The position numbers and the translations under genes are program-made. A DNA stretch of 64,000 nucleotides from contig CACBWE010000002.1 of NCBI GenBank assembly GCA_902542855.1, forward strand, positions 118-64,117, written 5' to 3'. Source of the DNA: an uncultured Pelagibacteraceae bacterium. GTDB lineage: Bacteria; Pseudomonadota; Alphaproteobacteria; Pelagibacterales; Pelagibacteraceae. The stretch's first letter is position 1; the number at the start of each line of letters is the position of its first letter. Under the pieces are notes generated by a model. That model was given only the letters and a program-made list of their open reading frames with translations. It was not told the origin of the DNA and made no database searches. Below are positions 49,289 to 60,733 of the stretch, in pieces.

Positions 49289-50134
49289 TTAAATTTGCGA
49301 TCTTTTGAAACAGTCTATGGTATTTTTAAGTAAACAAGCAATTGTCATTGGACCTACACCGCCTGGAACTGGTGTAAGTGCTTTTGCATTTTTTGAAACT
49401 TCATCAAAATGTACATCACCAACTATACCTTTATCAGTTTTATTTATACCAACATCAATAACAATAGCATCTTTTTTAACCCAATCCCCTCTAACAAGTT
49501 CGGGTATACCTACAGCTGCAACAATTATATCTGCCCCTAAACATTCTGCTTTTAAATCTTTAGTTTTTGAATGAGTTATAATTACGGTGCAATTTTCTTT
49601 TAAAAGAAGTTGTGTCATAGGTTTACCATTTAAATTTGATCTACCCACAACCACAGCTTTTTTACCGCTTAAATTAGGTTCAATTTTTTTTATCAACAAA
49701 TAACATCCAAGCGGAGTACAAGGTATTGAACTTTCATAACCAGATGAAAGATTGCCTACATTCATTGGATGAAATCCATCTACGTCTTTTGAGGGATCAA
49801 TAGCTTCTATAACCTTCTGCTTATCAATGTGTTTAGGTAAAGGAAGTTGAACTAAAATTCCTGAAACAGTTTCATCGCTATTTAGTTCCTGAATTTTTTC
49901 TAGAACAGTCTTTTCTTCAACTGAGTCTGGATATTTAATTACTTCAGATTTTAATCCTACCTCATTTGCTGACTTCTCTTTATTTCTTACATAAATCTGA
50001 CTAGGTGTTAAATCACCAATCAGTATTACTGTTAAACCTGGTACTTTATTATGTTTTGATTTTAACTCTGCAACTTCTTCCTTTAACTCTGCTCTTAATT
50101 CTGCAGCTGCTTTTTTTCCATCAATTAAAATCAT
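49289..50134 (-). CDS. folD: Bifunctional methylene-THF dehydrogenase/cyclohydrolase
   Basis: GILVQLPLP, KDVDGFHP, PCTP, TPVPGGVGPMT. Confidence 0.97.
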   Translation of the reverse strand: MILIDGKKAAAELRAELKEEVAELKSKHNKVPGLTVILIGDLTPSQIYVRNKEKSANEVGLKSEVIKYPDSVEEKTVLEKIQELNSDETVSGILVQLPLPKHIDKQKVIEAIDPSKDVDGFHPMNVGNLSSGYESSIPCTPLGCYLLIKKIEPNLSGKKAVVVGRSNLNGKPMTQLLLKENCTVIITHSKTKDLKAECLGADIIVAAVGIPELVRGDWVKKDAIVIDVGINKTDKGIVGDVHFDEVSKNAKALTPVPGGVGPMTIACLLKNTIDCFKRSQI

Positions 50135-50143
50135 ATTTCCCTC

Positions 50144-50434
50144 TTAAAAAATCATTGGTGCGATGTACAGCTTCATACACATTTCGATAAACCAAATCAA
50201 TAAAAGAAGAATGATTGGAGAAATATCTAGTGAACCTAAATTTGGCAAAAAACGTCTAATTTTATTCAGGAAAGGCTCGGTTAATTTGTAACTCAACTCT
50301 AAAATTGCATACACAAACCTATTTTGAGTATTAAGAACGTTAAAAGCTATTAACCAACTTACAATAACATTGGCGATTACAACATAAGAGTACAATTTTA
50401 AAATTTGTAAAACTAAATAAAAAATAGCTATCAT
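50144..50434 (-). CDS. yggT: YggT family protein
   Basis: SWL, LTEPFL..IRRFLP, LDISPI. Confidence 0.92.
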   Translation of the reverse strand: MIAIFYLVLQILKLYSYVVIANVIVSWLIAFNVLNTQNRFVYAILELSYKLTEPFLNKIRRFLPNLGSLDISPIILLLLIWFIEMCMKLYIAPMIF

Positions 50435-51516
50435 TTTTTCTCAACATAAATCGACTGACTTGGGAAAGCAAATGAAGCACCATTTTTTTCTACAATTTCC
50501 TTAATCGCAATTGCTAATCTTTCTTTTACATCAAGCCAATTGTTCCAACTTCCTGTTTTTGTAAAGCATCTTACATACATATCTATTGAACTATCAGAAA
50601 ATTTGTCAACTCTTACCGCAACACCAATTGAGGTATTATAATCTTCGCTTGAGTTAATATGACTTTCGATTTCATCTCTAATTTTTTTTAACTGATCTAC
50701 AGTAGTGTCATATTGAAGTGTAATAATCCAACTGATTAACCAATTTGAAGTTTCGCTAACATTTACAACTGCGTTTTCGGCAAATTGAAAATTTGGAATA
50801 ATAGCAAGAGATTTGTCAAACTTTCTAATTGTTGTTGATCTAAATCCAATCTTTTCTACCACACCTTCAATAATACCCTCGACAGCTATCCAGTCTCCAA
50901 TTTTAAATCTCTTTTCAACTAAAACTAAAATTCCTGATATTAAATTTTTGAATAAGTCTTGTGCCCCTAATGCTACAGCAACACCAAACAATCCAAGACC
51001 TGCAATGATTGGACCTATTTTAATTCCCCACAATTCTAAAACTGCTGCTAAACCTAAAATAAAAATTAAAATTTTTAGCGATTTAATTATCCAGCCAATA
51101 AGTTCTCTTGTTAACAATTTGTCTAAACCGCTAAGTATGTATGAGATTGGTTCTATGATTTGGTGAATTACCCAAAAAATTAAAATAGTGATCAACGTTC
51201 TATTAATTGTATCTACCACTTCTCTACCTTCTAGTGAGAAAGTCATGTAGTAGCTTGCAATAAAAAATCCTAATACAATTGGTAAAAATCTTGCTGGACC
51301 TACAAGTGATTGAACAAAAGTATCATCTAATTTATTCGTTGTTCTTTTAGAGATAATTTCTAATTTTTTAATAACTAATTTGCTTATTAGACCTCTAAAA
51401 ATTAGGAATAGTAGAAATATTCCAATACCAATTAAGATTTGAAAGATATCAACACCAAGAATTCCTTTATTCCATACTGATAAAAATATTTCCGAAAAAT
51501 TATTAATTAATTCCAT
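50431..51516 (-). CDS. mscS: MscS-family mechanosensitive channel
   Basis: GLGLFGVAVALGAQD, FKIGDWI, GFRST, FAFPSQ. Confidence 0.92.
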   Translation of the reverse strand: MELINNFSEIFLSVWNKGILGVDIFQILIGIGIFLLFLIFRGLISKLVIKKLEIISKRTTNKLDDTFVQSLVGPARFLPIVLGFFIASYYMTFSLEGREVVDTINRTLITILIFWVIHQIIEPISYILSGLDKLLTRELIGWIIKSLKILIFILGLAAVLELWGIKIGPIIAGLGLFGVAVALGAQDLFKNLISGILVLVEKRFKIGDWIAVEGIIEGVVEKIGFRSTTIRKFDKSLAIIPNFQFAENAVVNVSETSNWLISWIITLQYDTTVDQLKKIRDEIESHINSSEDYNTSIGVAVRVDKFSDSSIDMYVRCFTKTGSWNNWLDVKERLAIAIKEIVEKNGASFAFPSQSIYVEKK

Positions 51517-51518
51517 TT

Positions 51519-52217
51519 CTAAATTTTATATAACAAAAACTCTTCTTCTCCAGGGTTAAAAAGAAAAATCTTTTTCCATTTGATTTCGTTCAGTATTGAC
51601 GAGGTTTTTTCGCCTATACACATTAAATTTGTATTCATCCATAAATTTTCGGTTTGGTAAATCTTTATGAAATTTAAGAAACTTGACGCACTATTTTGAG
51701 AGTAAACATAGACCATATCAGGCATATTTAATTTTAATTCATTAACAAATTTCTCATCAAATTTTTGATTATGATCTACTCTGTAATTAATAATTCTTTT
51801 TACTTTAAAACCTTCGCTTAATAACTGTTGATCTAAATCAACCGATATTGTTTCACCACTAACGTAAAGTAATTCTTTATTTTTGGACTCATAACTTTGT
51901 ATAATTAACTCCTTTAAGTTTGTAACATTTCCTTCAGCCGCAATTGTATTTTGAAAACCAACACTTCTTGCTTTGTTTTCTGTAGCGTTTCCAACACAAA
52001 AGCATTTAATATTTTTATCTAATTTTACTGTGTTTAAAAATTTTACTGCATTTGCACTAGTAAAAACAACTCCACCATATTCAGAGAGGTTAATTTTTTC
52101 ATAATTAACCTTTTCAATTCTTATTAATGGAAGATGAGAAACTTGATGTCCTAATGATTGAAATTTTAATATCATTTCAGAACAATCCTCTAGTGGTCTA
52201 GTTAACAAAATATGCAT
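51519..52217 (-). CDS. hemD: Uroporphyrinogen-III synthase
   Basis: ILLTRP, FTSANAV, VGNAT; downstream of hemC. Confidence 0.9.
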   Translation of the reverse strand: MHILLTRPLEDCSEMILKFQSLGHQVSHLPLIRIEKVNYEKINLSEYGGVVFTSANAVKFLNTVKLDKNIKCFCVGNATENKARSVGFQNTIAAEGNVTNLKELIIQSYESKNKELLYVSGETISVDLDQQLLSEGFKVKRIINYRVDHNQKFDEKFVNELKLNMPDMVYVYSQNSASSFLNFIKIYQTENLWMNTNLMCIGEKTSSILNEIKWKKIFLFNPGEEEFLLYKI

Positions 52218-52218
52218 A

Positions 52219-53136
52219 TTATCTTTTATATGAATTATTTGATTTTGTTTTTAAAAGTATTCCAATCTCTTTACCAATTTCTTTAAACTCATTTAAATTA
52301 CCAACTTTTTTTTCATAAAACCTTTGTTTACCATCTATAGAAAAAAGTTCAGCCTCCACTGTAATCTTATCTCCATCAACCACTGAATGAGCACCAATTG
52401 CTGTTTCACAATCTCCATCTAAAACTTTTAAAATATTTCTCTCAAGGTGAGCTCTTTTATGTGTATCCTCATGATTAATTTTGTTTAAAATAGAAATTAT
52501 CTCATCATCATTCTCCCTGCACTGAAGAGCAATTACACCTTGTCCTGCACTAGGAATTATTTCTTCAGCTGAAAAAATTTCTGAAATTTCATTTTCAAAT
52601 TTTAAAAATTTGATACCAGCATAAGATAAAATAATTGCATCATACATCCCTTCATTCAATTTTCTAATTCTAGTATCTACATTTCCTCTAATTAGTTTAC
52701 AGTTCAAATCTTGTCTAATTTTTTTTATTTGAAATTCTCTTCTGTATGATGAGGTACCAACAATTGACTTATGATCTAAGTCTTTAAGTTTTTTTTTGTT
52801 CTTTGTAATTAAAATCTCTCTAGGGTCATTTCTTTCAAGGAAAGAGTCTGTTGTTAATCCTTTTGTTTCATTAGCAGGCATATCTTTCAGTGCATGGACT
52901 GCAATATCAATATTTTTTAACTGAAGTTCTTTTTCAATATTACTAGAAAACAAACCTTTGCCACCAAGCTCAGATAATCTTATATCCTTTACTTCGTCAC
53001 CTTTAGTTGTAATTGATTTAATTAAAATATCTTCATTACCAAGGTCGGTATTTTCAATTATCTTATCTTTAGCTTGTTGAGCATAAAGTAAGGCAAGCTT
53101 GCTACCCCTAGATCCAATTATTATTTTTTTTCTCAT
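52219..53136 (-). CDS. hemC: Porphobilinogen deaminase
   Basis: GSRGSKLAL, GGKGLF, VHALKD, RGNVDTR, DGDC cofactor Cys. Confidence 0.96.
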   Translation of the reverse strand: MRKKIIIGSRGSKLALLYAQQAKDKIIENTDLGNEDILIKSITTKGDEVKDIRLSELGGKGLFSSNIEKELQLKNIDIAVHALKDMPANETKGLTTDSFLERNDPREILITKNKKKLKDLDHKSIVGTSSYRREFQIKKIRQDLNCKLIRGNVDTRIRKLNEGMYDAIILSYAGIKFLKFENEISEIFSAEEIIPSAGQGVIALQCRENDDEIISILNKINHEDTHKRAHLERNILKVLDGDCETAIGAHSVVDGDKITVEAELFSIDGKQRFYEKKVGNLNEFKEIGKEIGILLKTKSNNSYKR

Positions 53137-53190
53137 AAAAAATTATTTCTTACTTGTATAAAGATTGTACAATTATTAAAAACTATTTGA

Positions 53191-54264
53191 ATGAGCAAAA
53201 AACCCTTAATTCTTGGAATAGAGTCTAGTTGTGATGAAACGGCAGCTTCTTTAATAACTGAAAATGAAGAAGGATTCCCAGTAGTTTTATCCAACATTGT
53301 TTCTAGCCAAGTGGAGGTTCATAAGGAGTTTGGTGGTGTAGTTCCTGAACTAGCAGCACGTTCACACATTGAAAAAATTGATTGGATTGTCAAAAAAGCT
53401 ATTGATGAGAGTGGAAGAAAAATAGAAGAAATAGATGCAGTTGCTTCTACCGCTGGTCCTGGATTAATTGTTTGTTTATCAGTTGGATTAAGTTTTGGTA
53501 AAGCTTTCGCAACAGCAATTAACAAACCTTTTATTGCTGTTAATCATTTAGAGGGACATGCTTTAAGTCCAAAACTAAATACAAATTTAAATTATCCATA
53601 TTTACTTCTTTTAATTTCAGGTGGGCACTCACAATATTTAAGTGTTCAGAACCTTGGTAAATATAAAAGATTAGGAACAACTATTGATGATGCATTAGGT
53701 GAGGCGTTTGACAAAACAGCAAAGCTTTTAGGAATAGAATTTCCAGGGGGACCTCAAATAGAAATTTTAGCTAAAAAAGGTGATCCACAAAAATATGATT
53801 TACCAAAACCAATTTTCAGTAAAGGAGGATGTAATCTTTCTTTTGCAGGTCTAAAAACTGCCGTGTTGAAGATAAGCAAAACAATTAAATCAGAACAAGA
53901 TAAATATGATCTTGCAGCATCTTTTCAAAAAACAATTGAGGAAATTTTATATAAAAAAACAAAGATTGCTTTTGGTGAATTTGAAAAAATAAATGAATTA
54001 AATGAAAAAATTTTCGTTGTTGCTGGCGGAGTTGCTGCAAATAAAAAAATTAGGTCTATGTTGATTAATCTATGTGAAGAAAATAATTATAAAAGTATTT
54101 TTCCACCTATAGAGTTTTGTAGCGATAATGCAGCAATGATTGCAATGGTAGGTTTGGAAAAATTTAAAATAAGTCAATTTGACGATTTAGATTATCCAGC
54201 AAAACCTAGATGGCCTTTAGATGAAGATGCAGCTTTTCTAAAAGGTGCTGGAGTTCAATTGTAA
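53191..54264 (+). CDS. tsaD: t6A tRNA threonylcarbamoyltransferase TsaD
   Basis: GIESSCDET, GGVVPELAARSH, HLEGH, SGGH, DNAAMIA. Confidence 0.97.
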   Translation: MSKKPLILGIESSCDETAASLITENEEGFPVVLSNIVSSQVEVHKEFGGVVPELAARSHIEKIDWIVKKAIDESGRKIEEIDAVASTAGPGLIVCLSVGLSFGKAFATAINKPFIAVNHLEGHALSPKLNTNLNYPYLLLLISGGHSQYLSVQNLGKYKRLGTTIDDALGEAFDKTAKLLGIEFPGGPQIEILAKKGDPQKYDLPKPIFSKGGCNLSFAGLKTAVLKISKTIKSEQDKYDLAASFQKTIEEILYKKTKIAFGEFEKINELNEKIFVVAGGVAANKKIRSMLINLCEENNYKSIFPPIEFCSDNAAMIAMVGLEKFKISQFDDLDYPAKPRWPLDEDAAFLKGAGVQL

Positions 54265-54677
54265 TGAAATATTGGTTGATGAAATCTGAACCAGATGTTT
54301 GGTCAATTGACCAACAAAAAAAAGCTGGAATTAAAGGTGCACCTTGGGATGGTGTCAGAAATTATCAAGCTGCTAAAAATTTAAAAAGTATGAGTAAAGG
54401 AGATCTATGTTTTTTTTATCATTCAAACATAGGAAAAGAGATAGTTGGAATAGTAAAAGTCATTAAAGAGTCGTATATAGATAAAACAGACAAAACAGGA
54501 AGATTTGTTGCCGTTACTGTTCAATTTAAGTCAAAATTTTCAAAGCCTATAACGCTCGAAAGTATTAAAAAAAATAAGGATTTAAGCCATTTAGCTCTAA
54601 TAAAGCAAAGTAGGCTTTCTGTAATGCCTGTTGATTATAAAAGCTGGAAAATTATAAATAACATGAGTAAAATTTAA
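54264..54677 (+). CDS. EVE domain protein
   Basis: YWLMKSEP, WDGVRNYQA, FYHS, SRLSVMPV. Confidence 0.95.
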   Translation: MKYWLMKSEPDVWSIDQQKKAGIKGAPWDGVRNYQAAKNLKSMSKGDLCFFYHSNIGKEIVGIVKVIKESYIDKTDKTGRFVAVTVQFKSKFSKPITLESIKKNKDLSHLALIKQSRLSVMPVDYKSWKIINNMSKI

Positions 54678-54692
54678 AAAAAAAATTGTCCT

Positions 54693-56785
<2,093 letters not shown>

Positions 56786-56789
<4 letters not shown>

Positions 56790-57409
56790 AACTGAATTAA
56801 ATCTTTAAACTCTTGTTTGACAACATCCCATTTTAAAATCATTGAATTTAAAACAATCTTTCGATCTAAAGTTTTTAATTCATCTGCAATAGGAGCCCAC
56901 TTATATAAAGAAAGAGCACTAGGATTAAAAGGTAAGTCTTGATAATAAACATCCCAATTTATTTTCTCTAATCGTTCTTCAAAACTTTTCCTAGCTTCAT
57001 CAATAATATCTAACGGCATCTTATTAGAAATTTCGTCATCTAAAATTTTATTGAAAATTTCGTTTGCATTGTGAATGTCCTGATAATTAAAATTAACTTT
57101 TAAATATGAAAAAGTAAAAAAAGTTAAATCTTGTAATGCAACCGAATAAATATTCCATTTAGCAAGATTTACTGATGACATAAATTCATCGTTATCAAAA
57201 TGAAGAACATATCTTGTTCCCATTCGAGTTTTTAAATAATTATATAAAGTAACTTGGGTTGCCCAAGCAGATTTTGTTTGAATAAATTGCTCTAACTCAT
57301 CTAAATTTTTTATTTTTTTTTTGGGAATAAACGCCTTAAACATAGCAAATAAATACGTTTTGAAATCCTCAAGTTTTATATCTCTCCAGGTTAATTTGTA
57401 TTTTCCCAT
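56786..57409 (-). CDS. Conserved hypothetical protein
   Basis: Long ORF filling the acs-actP gap; ATG at 57409 preferred as start. Confidence 0.7.
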
Positions 57410-57544
57410 GTTAATTTGTAAGTGCGCCAATTATATCTTAAAAAAGTAAGTAAATAAGTACCTAATATGATCAATTTTTAGGGTTTTCAAAGCTCTCATA
57501 ATGGTTATGGTTTCAACCAGTTATAACTAAAAAGAGAGGTATAA

Positions 57545-57805
57545 ATGTCAAATCAACAAAAACACTGGGAAAAAACCAGGGGATTGTTATTTATAACATT
57601 AGCAATCTGGTTTGTTTTCTCAATTGGCATCTTTCTCTTTGGAGCTGAAATGAACGAGGTCACAGGACCTTTCGGTTATCCGTGGACATACTGGTTTACA
57701 TGTCAGGGATCTCTTGGTGCTTTCGTAATCTTGATTTTCTGGTTTGCGAATAGACAAGAAAAAATCGATGAAGAGTTCGGCTTTAGCGAAAGAGAGGACG
57801 AATAA
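57545..57805 (+). CDS. DUF4212-type small symporter subunit
   Basis: Two TMs, GYPWTYWFTCQGS, strong RBS, coupled to the SSS gene. Confidence 0.85.
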   Translation: MSNQQKHWEKTRGLLFITLAIWFVFSIGIFLFGAEMNEVTGPFGYPWTYWFTCQGSLGAFVILIFWFANRQEKIDEEFGFSEREDE

Positions 57806-59616
57806 TGAAAGGTAATTTCATAGATAATTTGCCTAAAGTTTACGGGATCTATACCGGAGGATTTATAGGTTTCATAATCATTATGGCAATTGCTGAACAG
57901 ATGGGTATGACAGCTAAAGCGATCGGTATCGCTTTTGTTGCATTTACTGTATTCATCTATGCATTAATCGGTTGGCTATCAAGAACAGCCCAAGCAGATG
58001 CATATTACGTAGCTGGTAGGCAAGTACCAACAGTCTTCAATGGAATGGCGACTGCAGCAGACTGGATGTCTGGTGCTTCGTTCGTTGCGATGGCGGGTGG
58101 TATTTACTTTAAAGGTTACGGTTATATGGCACTACTTGTAGGTTGGACTGGTGGTTACGTGCTTGTTGCATCTTTATTAGCACCATACCTAAGAAAATTT
58201 GGCTGTTATACAGTTCCAGATTTTATAGGAACTAGATACGGTGGTAATTTAGCTAGATTTAGCGCAGTTGTAGTTTTAACTGTTGCTTCATTTACTTATG
58301 TGACTGCACAAATTAACGCTACAGGTACTATTGCATCTGTTGCACTTGATATCCCATTCCAATACGCAGTTTATGTTGGACTAATAAGTATTTTATTATG
58401 TTCGATGTTAGGTGGTATGAGAGGGGTAACTTGGACACAGGTTGCACAATATATCGTACTAATTATAGCTTACCTACTTCCAGTTTTCTGGATCAGTAAC
58501 AAAATGGGTGCAGGTTTCTTCCCTCACTTTATGTTAGCTGACGAGGTAGCTAGAATTGGTGAATTGGAACAACAGTTTGGTTTTGTTAAAAACGCAGCTG
58601 CTGATCTAAAATCTGTACCTAAAGGGTTAGCAGGAATAACTAAAGCTCACTCTGCAGTTAACGCTACGCCTTGGGCATTTATTTCATTAGCATTAGCGAT
58701 GATGATGGGAACAGCTTCATTACCGCACGTGATGATGAGATACTTTACTACTCCAAGTGTAAAAGCAGCTAGAAAATCAGTAGGTTGGTCATTATTCTTT
58801 ATCTTCCTACTTTACTCTTCTGCTCCAATGTTAGCTACTTTATCTAAGTTATCATTGATTGACCCGAATTTACCAACTGGTATTATCGGTAAGACATTTG
58901 CAGAAGTGGAAGCGATAGATTGGTACCAAAACTGGAACCAAGCAAACCTAATGTTTATCAGCGACTTTAACGGAAATGGAACTCTTGAATTGAATGAGTT
59001 CTTCATGGGTGGTAAAGCCGTTGTATTAGCAACACCAGAGATAGCTGGATTACCTTATGTAATTTCAGGTCTAGTTGCTGCAGGAGGTATGGCAGCTGCC
59101 ATGTCTACTGCTGATGGTTTGATTCTAGCGATTGCAAACGCTATATCACATGATGTTTACTATAAAATCATTGATCCAAAAGCGGAAACTGCAAAACGAC
59201 TACTTGTTGCAAGGGTATTACTTGTAATAATTGGTTTTGCTGGAGCAACTATTGCAGCAATGGAGATTCAAGGAATCTTAGGTTCGGTTATATGGGCTTT
59301 TGATTTTGCGATGTCTGGATTGTTCTTCCCACTAGTACTTGGTGTATGGTGGAAGAGAGCTAATAGACAAGGTGCTATTGCTGGTATGCTAGGTGGTCTA
59401 ATCGCCGGTGCGTGGTACTTAGTTTGGGTACGAACTGGTGGAAGTGGATTCCTGGGAATTACACAGTTAACATTTGGTATCTTCGGATCAGCTGTTAGTT
59501 TAGTTTTAATGGTGGTAGTTAGTTTAATGACTGCAGAGCCAGATAAAGCTACTCAAAAAATGGTTGATGACGTGCGTGTACCGAGTGGTAAATCAATTCT
59601 TGGTAAATCACACTAA
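57805..59616 (+). CDS. actP: Sodium/cation:solute symporter (ActP-like, probable acetate/monocarboxylate uptake)
   Basis: NGMATAADWMSGASF, GGMRGVTWTQVAQY, GTASLPHV, AAAMSTADGL; near acs. Confidence 0.8.
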   Translation: MKGNFIDNLPKVYGIYTGGFIGFIIIMAIAEQMGMTAKAIGIAFVAFTVFIYALIGWLSRTAQADAYYVAGRQVPTVFNGMATAADWMSGASFVAMAGGIYFKGYGYMALLVGWTGGYVLVASLLAPYLRKFGCYTVPDFIGTRYGGNLARFSAVVVLTVASFTYVTAQINATGTIASVALDIPFQYAVYVGLISILLCSMLGGMRGVTWTQVAQYIVLIIAYLLPVFWISNKMGAGFFPHFMLADEVARIGELEQQFGFVKNAAADLKSVPKGLAGITKAHSAVNATPWAFISLALAMMMGTASLPHVMMRYFTTPSVKAARKSVGWSLFFIFLLYSSAPMLATLSKLSLIDPNLPTGIIGKTFAEVEAIDWYQNWNQANLMFISDFNGNGTLELNEFFMGGKAVVLATPEIAGLPYVISGLVAAGGMAAAMSTADGLILAIANAISHDVYYKIIDPKAETAKRLLVARVLLVIIGFAGATIAAMEIQGILGSVIWAFDFAMSGLFFPLVLGVWWKRANRQGAIAGMLGGLIAGAWYLVWVRTGGSGFLGITQLTFGIFGSAVSLVLMVVVSLMTAEPDKATQKMVDDVRVPSGKSILGKSH

Positions 59617-59626
59617 ATAATCTTTT

Positions 59627-59655
59627 AAAGGGGCGATTAATTTCGCCCCTTTTAT
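59627..59655 (+). terminator. Intrinsic terminator after the symporter
   Basis: AAAGGGGCGA-ttaatt-TCGCCCCTTT followed by T-rich sequence. Confidence 0.88.
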
Positions 59656-59684
59656 TTCAATAAATTTTCCAATATAAATTTTGA

Positions 59685-60035
59685 ATGTCGGCAAATTTTC
59701 ATCCTTTAGTTTATTTTATTGATTATTTGCTTGGGATTATCATGTGGACTCTAATTGGAAGAGTAGCGATGAATATTTTTCAAAAAGAAGATTCACAATT
59801 CTTTTTCATGAGAGTGTTTGTGAAATATACTAACCCTTTAATTAAATTATTTAAACCAATCACGCCTTCATTTATTATTGGTCCATTGGTACCTTTATAT
59901 GTAGCTTGGTTCTTTTATATGATCAGATTTTATCTAATGCCTTGGATCTTGGGCTATTCAGTAATGGGAATGTTGTCATTTCCTTTGGAGAGTGAAATTT
60001 CTAGACAAATTTATCAATTTTTTAATTCATTTTAA
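59685..60035 (+). CDS. YggT-like membrane protein
   Basis: IMWTLIGR, TNPLI..FKPITP hydrophobic pattern. Confidence 0.65.
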   Translation: MSANFHPLVYFIDYLLGIIMWTLIGRVAMNIFQKEDSQFFFMRVFVKYTNPLIKLFKPITPSFIIGPLVPLYVAWFFYMIRFYLMPWILGYSVMGMLSFPLESEISRQIYQFFNSF

Positions 60036-60069
60036 TTTTTAAAATTGATACTAGTTAATCTAGTAATCA

Positions 60070-60729
60070 ATGAAAAATATACAAATTTCACCGTCAATTT
60101 TATCAGCTGACTTTAGTCAATTAGGTTCAGAAATTAAAAGACTCGAAGAGGGTGGAGCTGATATGATTCATGTGGATGTCATGGATGGTCATTTTGTTCC
60201 TAATTTAACAATAGGTCCACCTGTAATTAAAGCTCTTCGAAAGCATTGTTCATTAAAATTTGATGTTCATTTAATGATATCACCAGTCCATAAATATATA
60301 GATGCTTACGCTGATGCAGGGGCAGATATAATTACTATTCACCCTGAGGCAACTGATAATTTAGAAAATTCAATTAAAAAGATAAAAGAAAAAAATAAGA
60401 AAGTTGGAGTTTCACTTAATCCTGAAACTAAAATTGATTTAATTTTAGATTTATTAGATCAAATAGATTTGGTCTTAATTATGAGTGTAAATCCTGGATT
60501 TGGAGGGCAAAAATTTATGCCAGAAGTTTTAGAGAAAATTAAAGATTTAAAAAAAATAAGAGAACAAAAAAAATTGGATTTTGATATAGAAATTGATGGT
60601 GGAATCAATTTTGATAACTGCAAAAGTGCAATCGATGCTGGTGCAAACATTCTTGTTTCCGGTACTACAGTGTTCAAAAGTAATGATGGAGATATTAAGA
60701 AAAATATTAATTTATTAAAATTAAAATAA
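60070..60729 (+). CDS. rpe: Ribulose-phosphate 3-epimerase
   Basis: SPSILSADF, HVDVMDGHFVPN, MSVNPGFGGQKF, DGG. Confidence 0.98.
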   Translation: MKNIQISPSILSADFSQLGSEIKRLEEGGADMIHVDVMDGHFVPNLTIGPPVIKALRKHCSLKFDVHLMISPVHKYIDAYADAGADIITIHPEATDNLENSIKKIKEKNKKVGVSLNPETKIDLILDLLDQIDLVLIMSVNPGFGGQKFMPEVLEKIKDLKKIREQKKLDFDIEIDGGINFDNCKSAIDAGANILVSGTTVFKSNDGDIKKNINLLKLK

Positions 60730-60733
60730 GTTA

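Noticed and set aside
53191-54677. EVE domain gene coupled to tsaD as a possible modified-base defence system
   Set aside because: This is a common housekeeping neighbourhood in alphaproteobacteria; no nuclease or toxin partner is present
57390-57420. 11-bp direct repeat GTTAATTTGTA with 20-nt period near the acs/actP divergent region
   Set aside because: AT-rich, one copy lies in coding sequence, and similar words occur inside other genes; chance is likely
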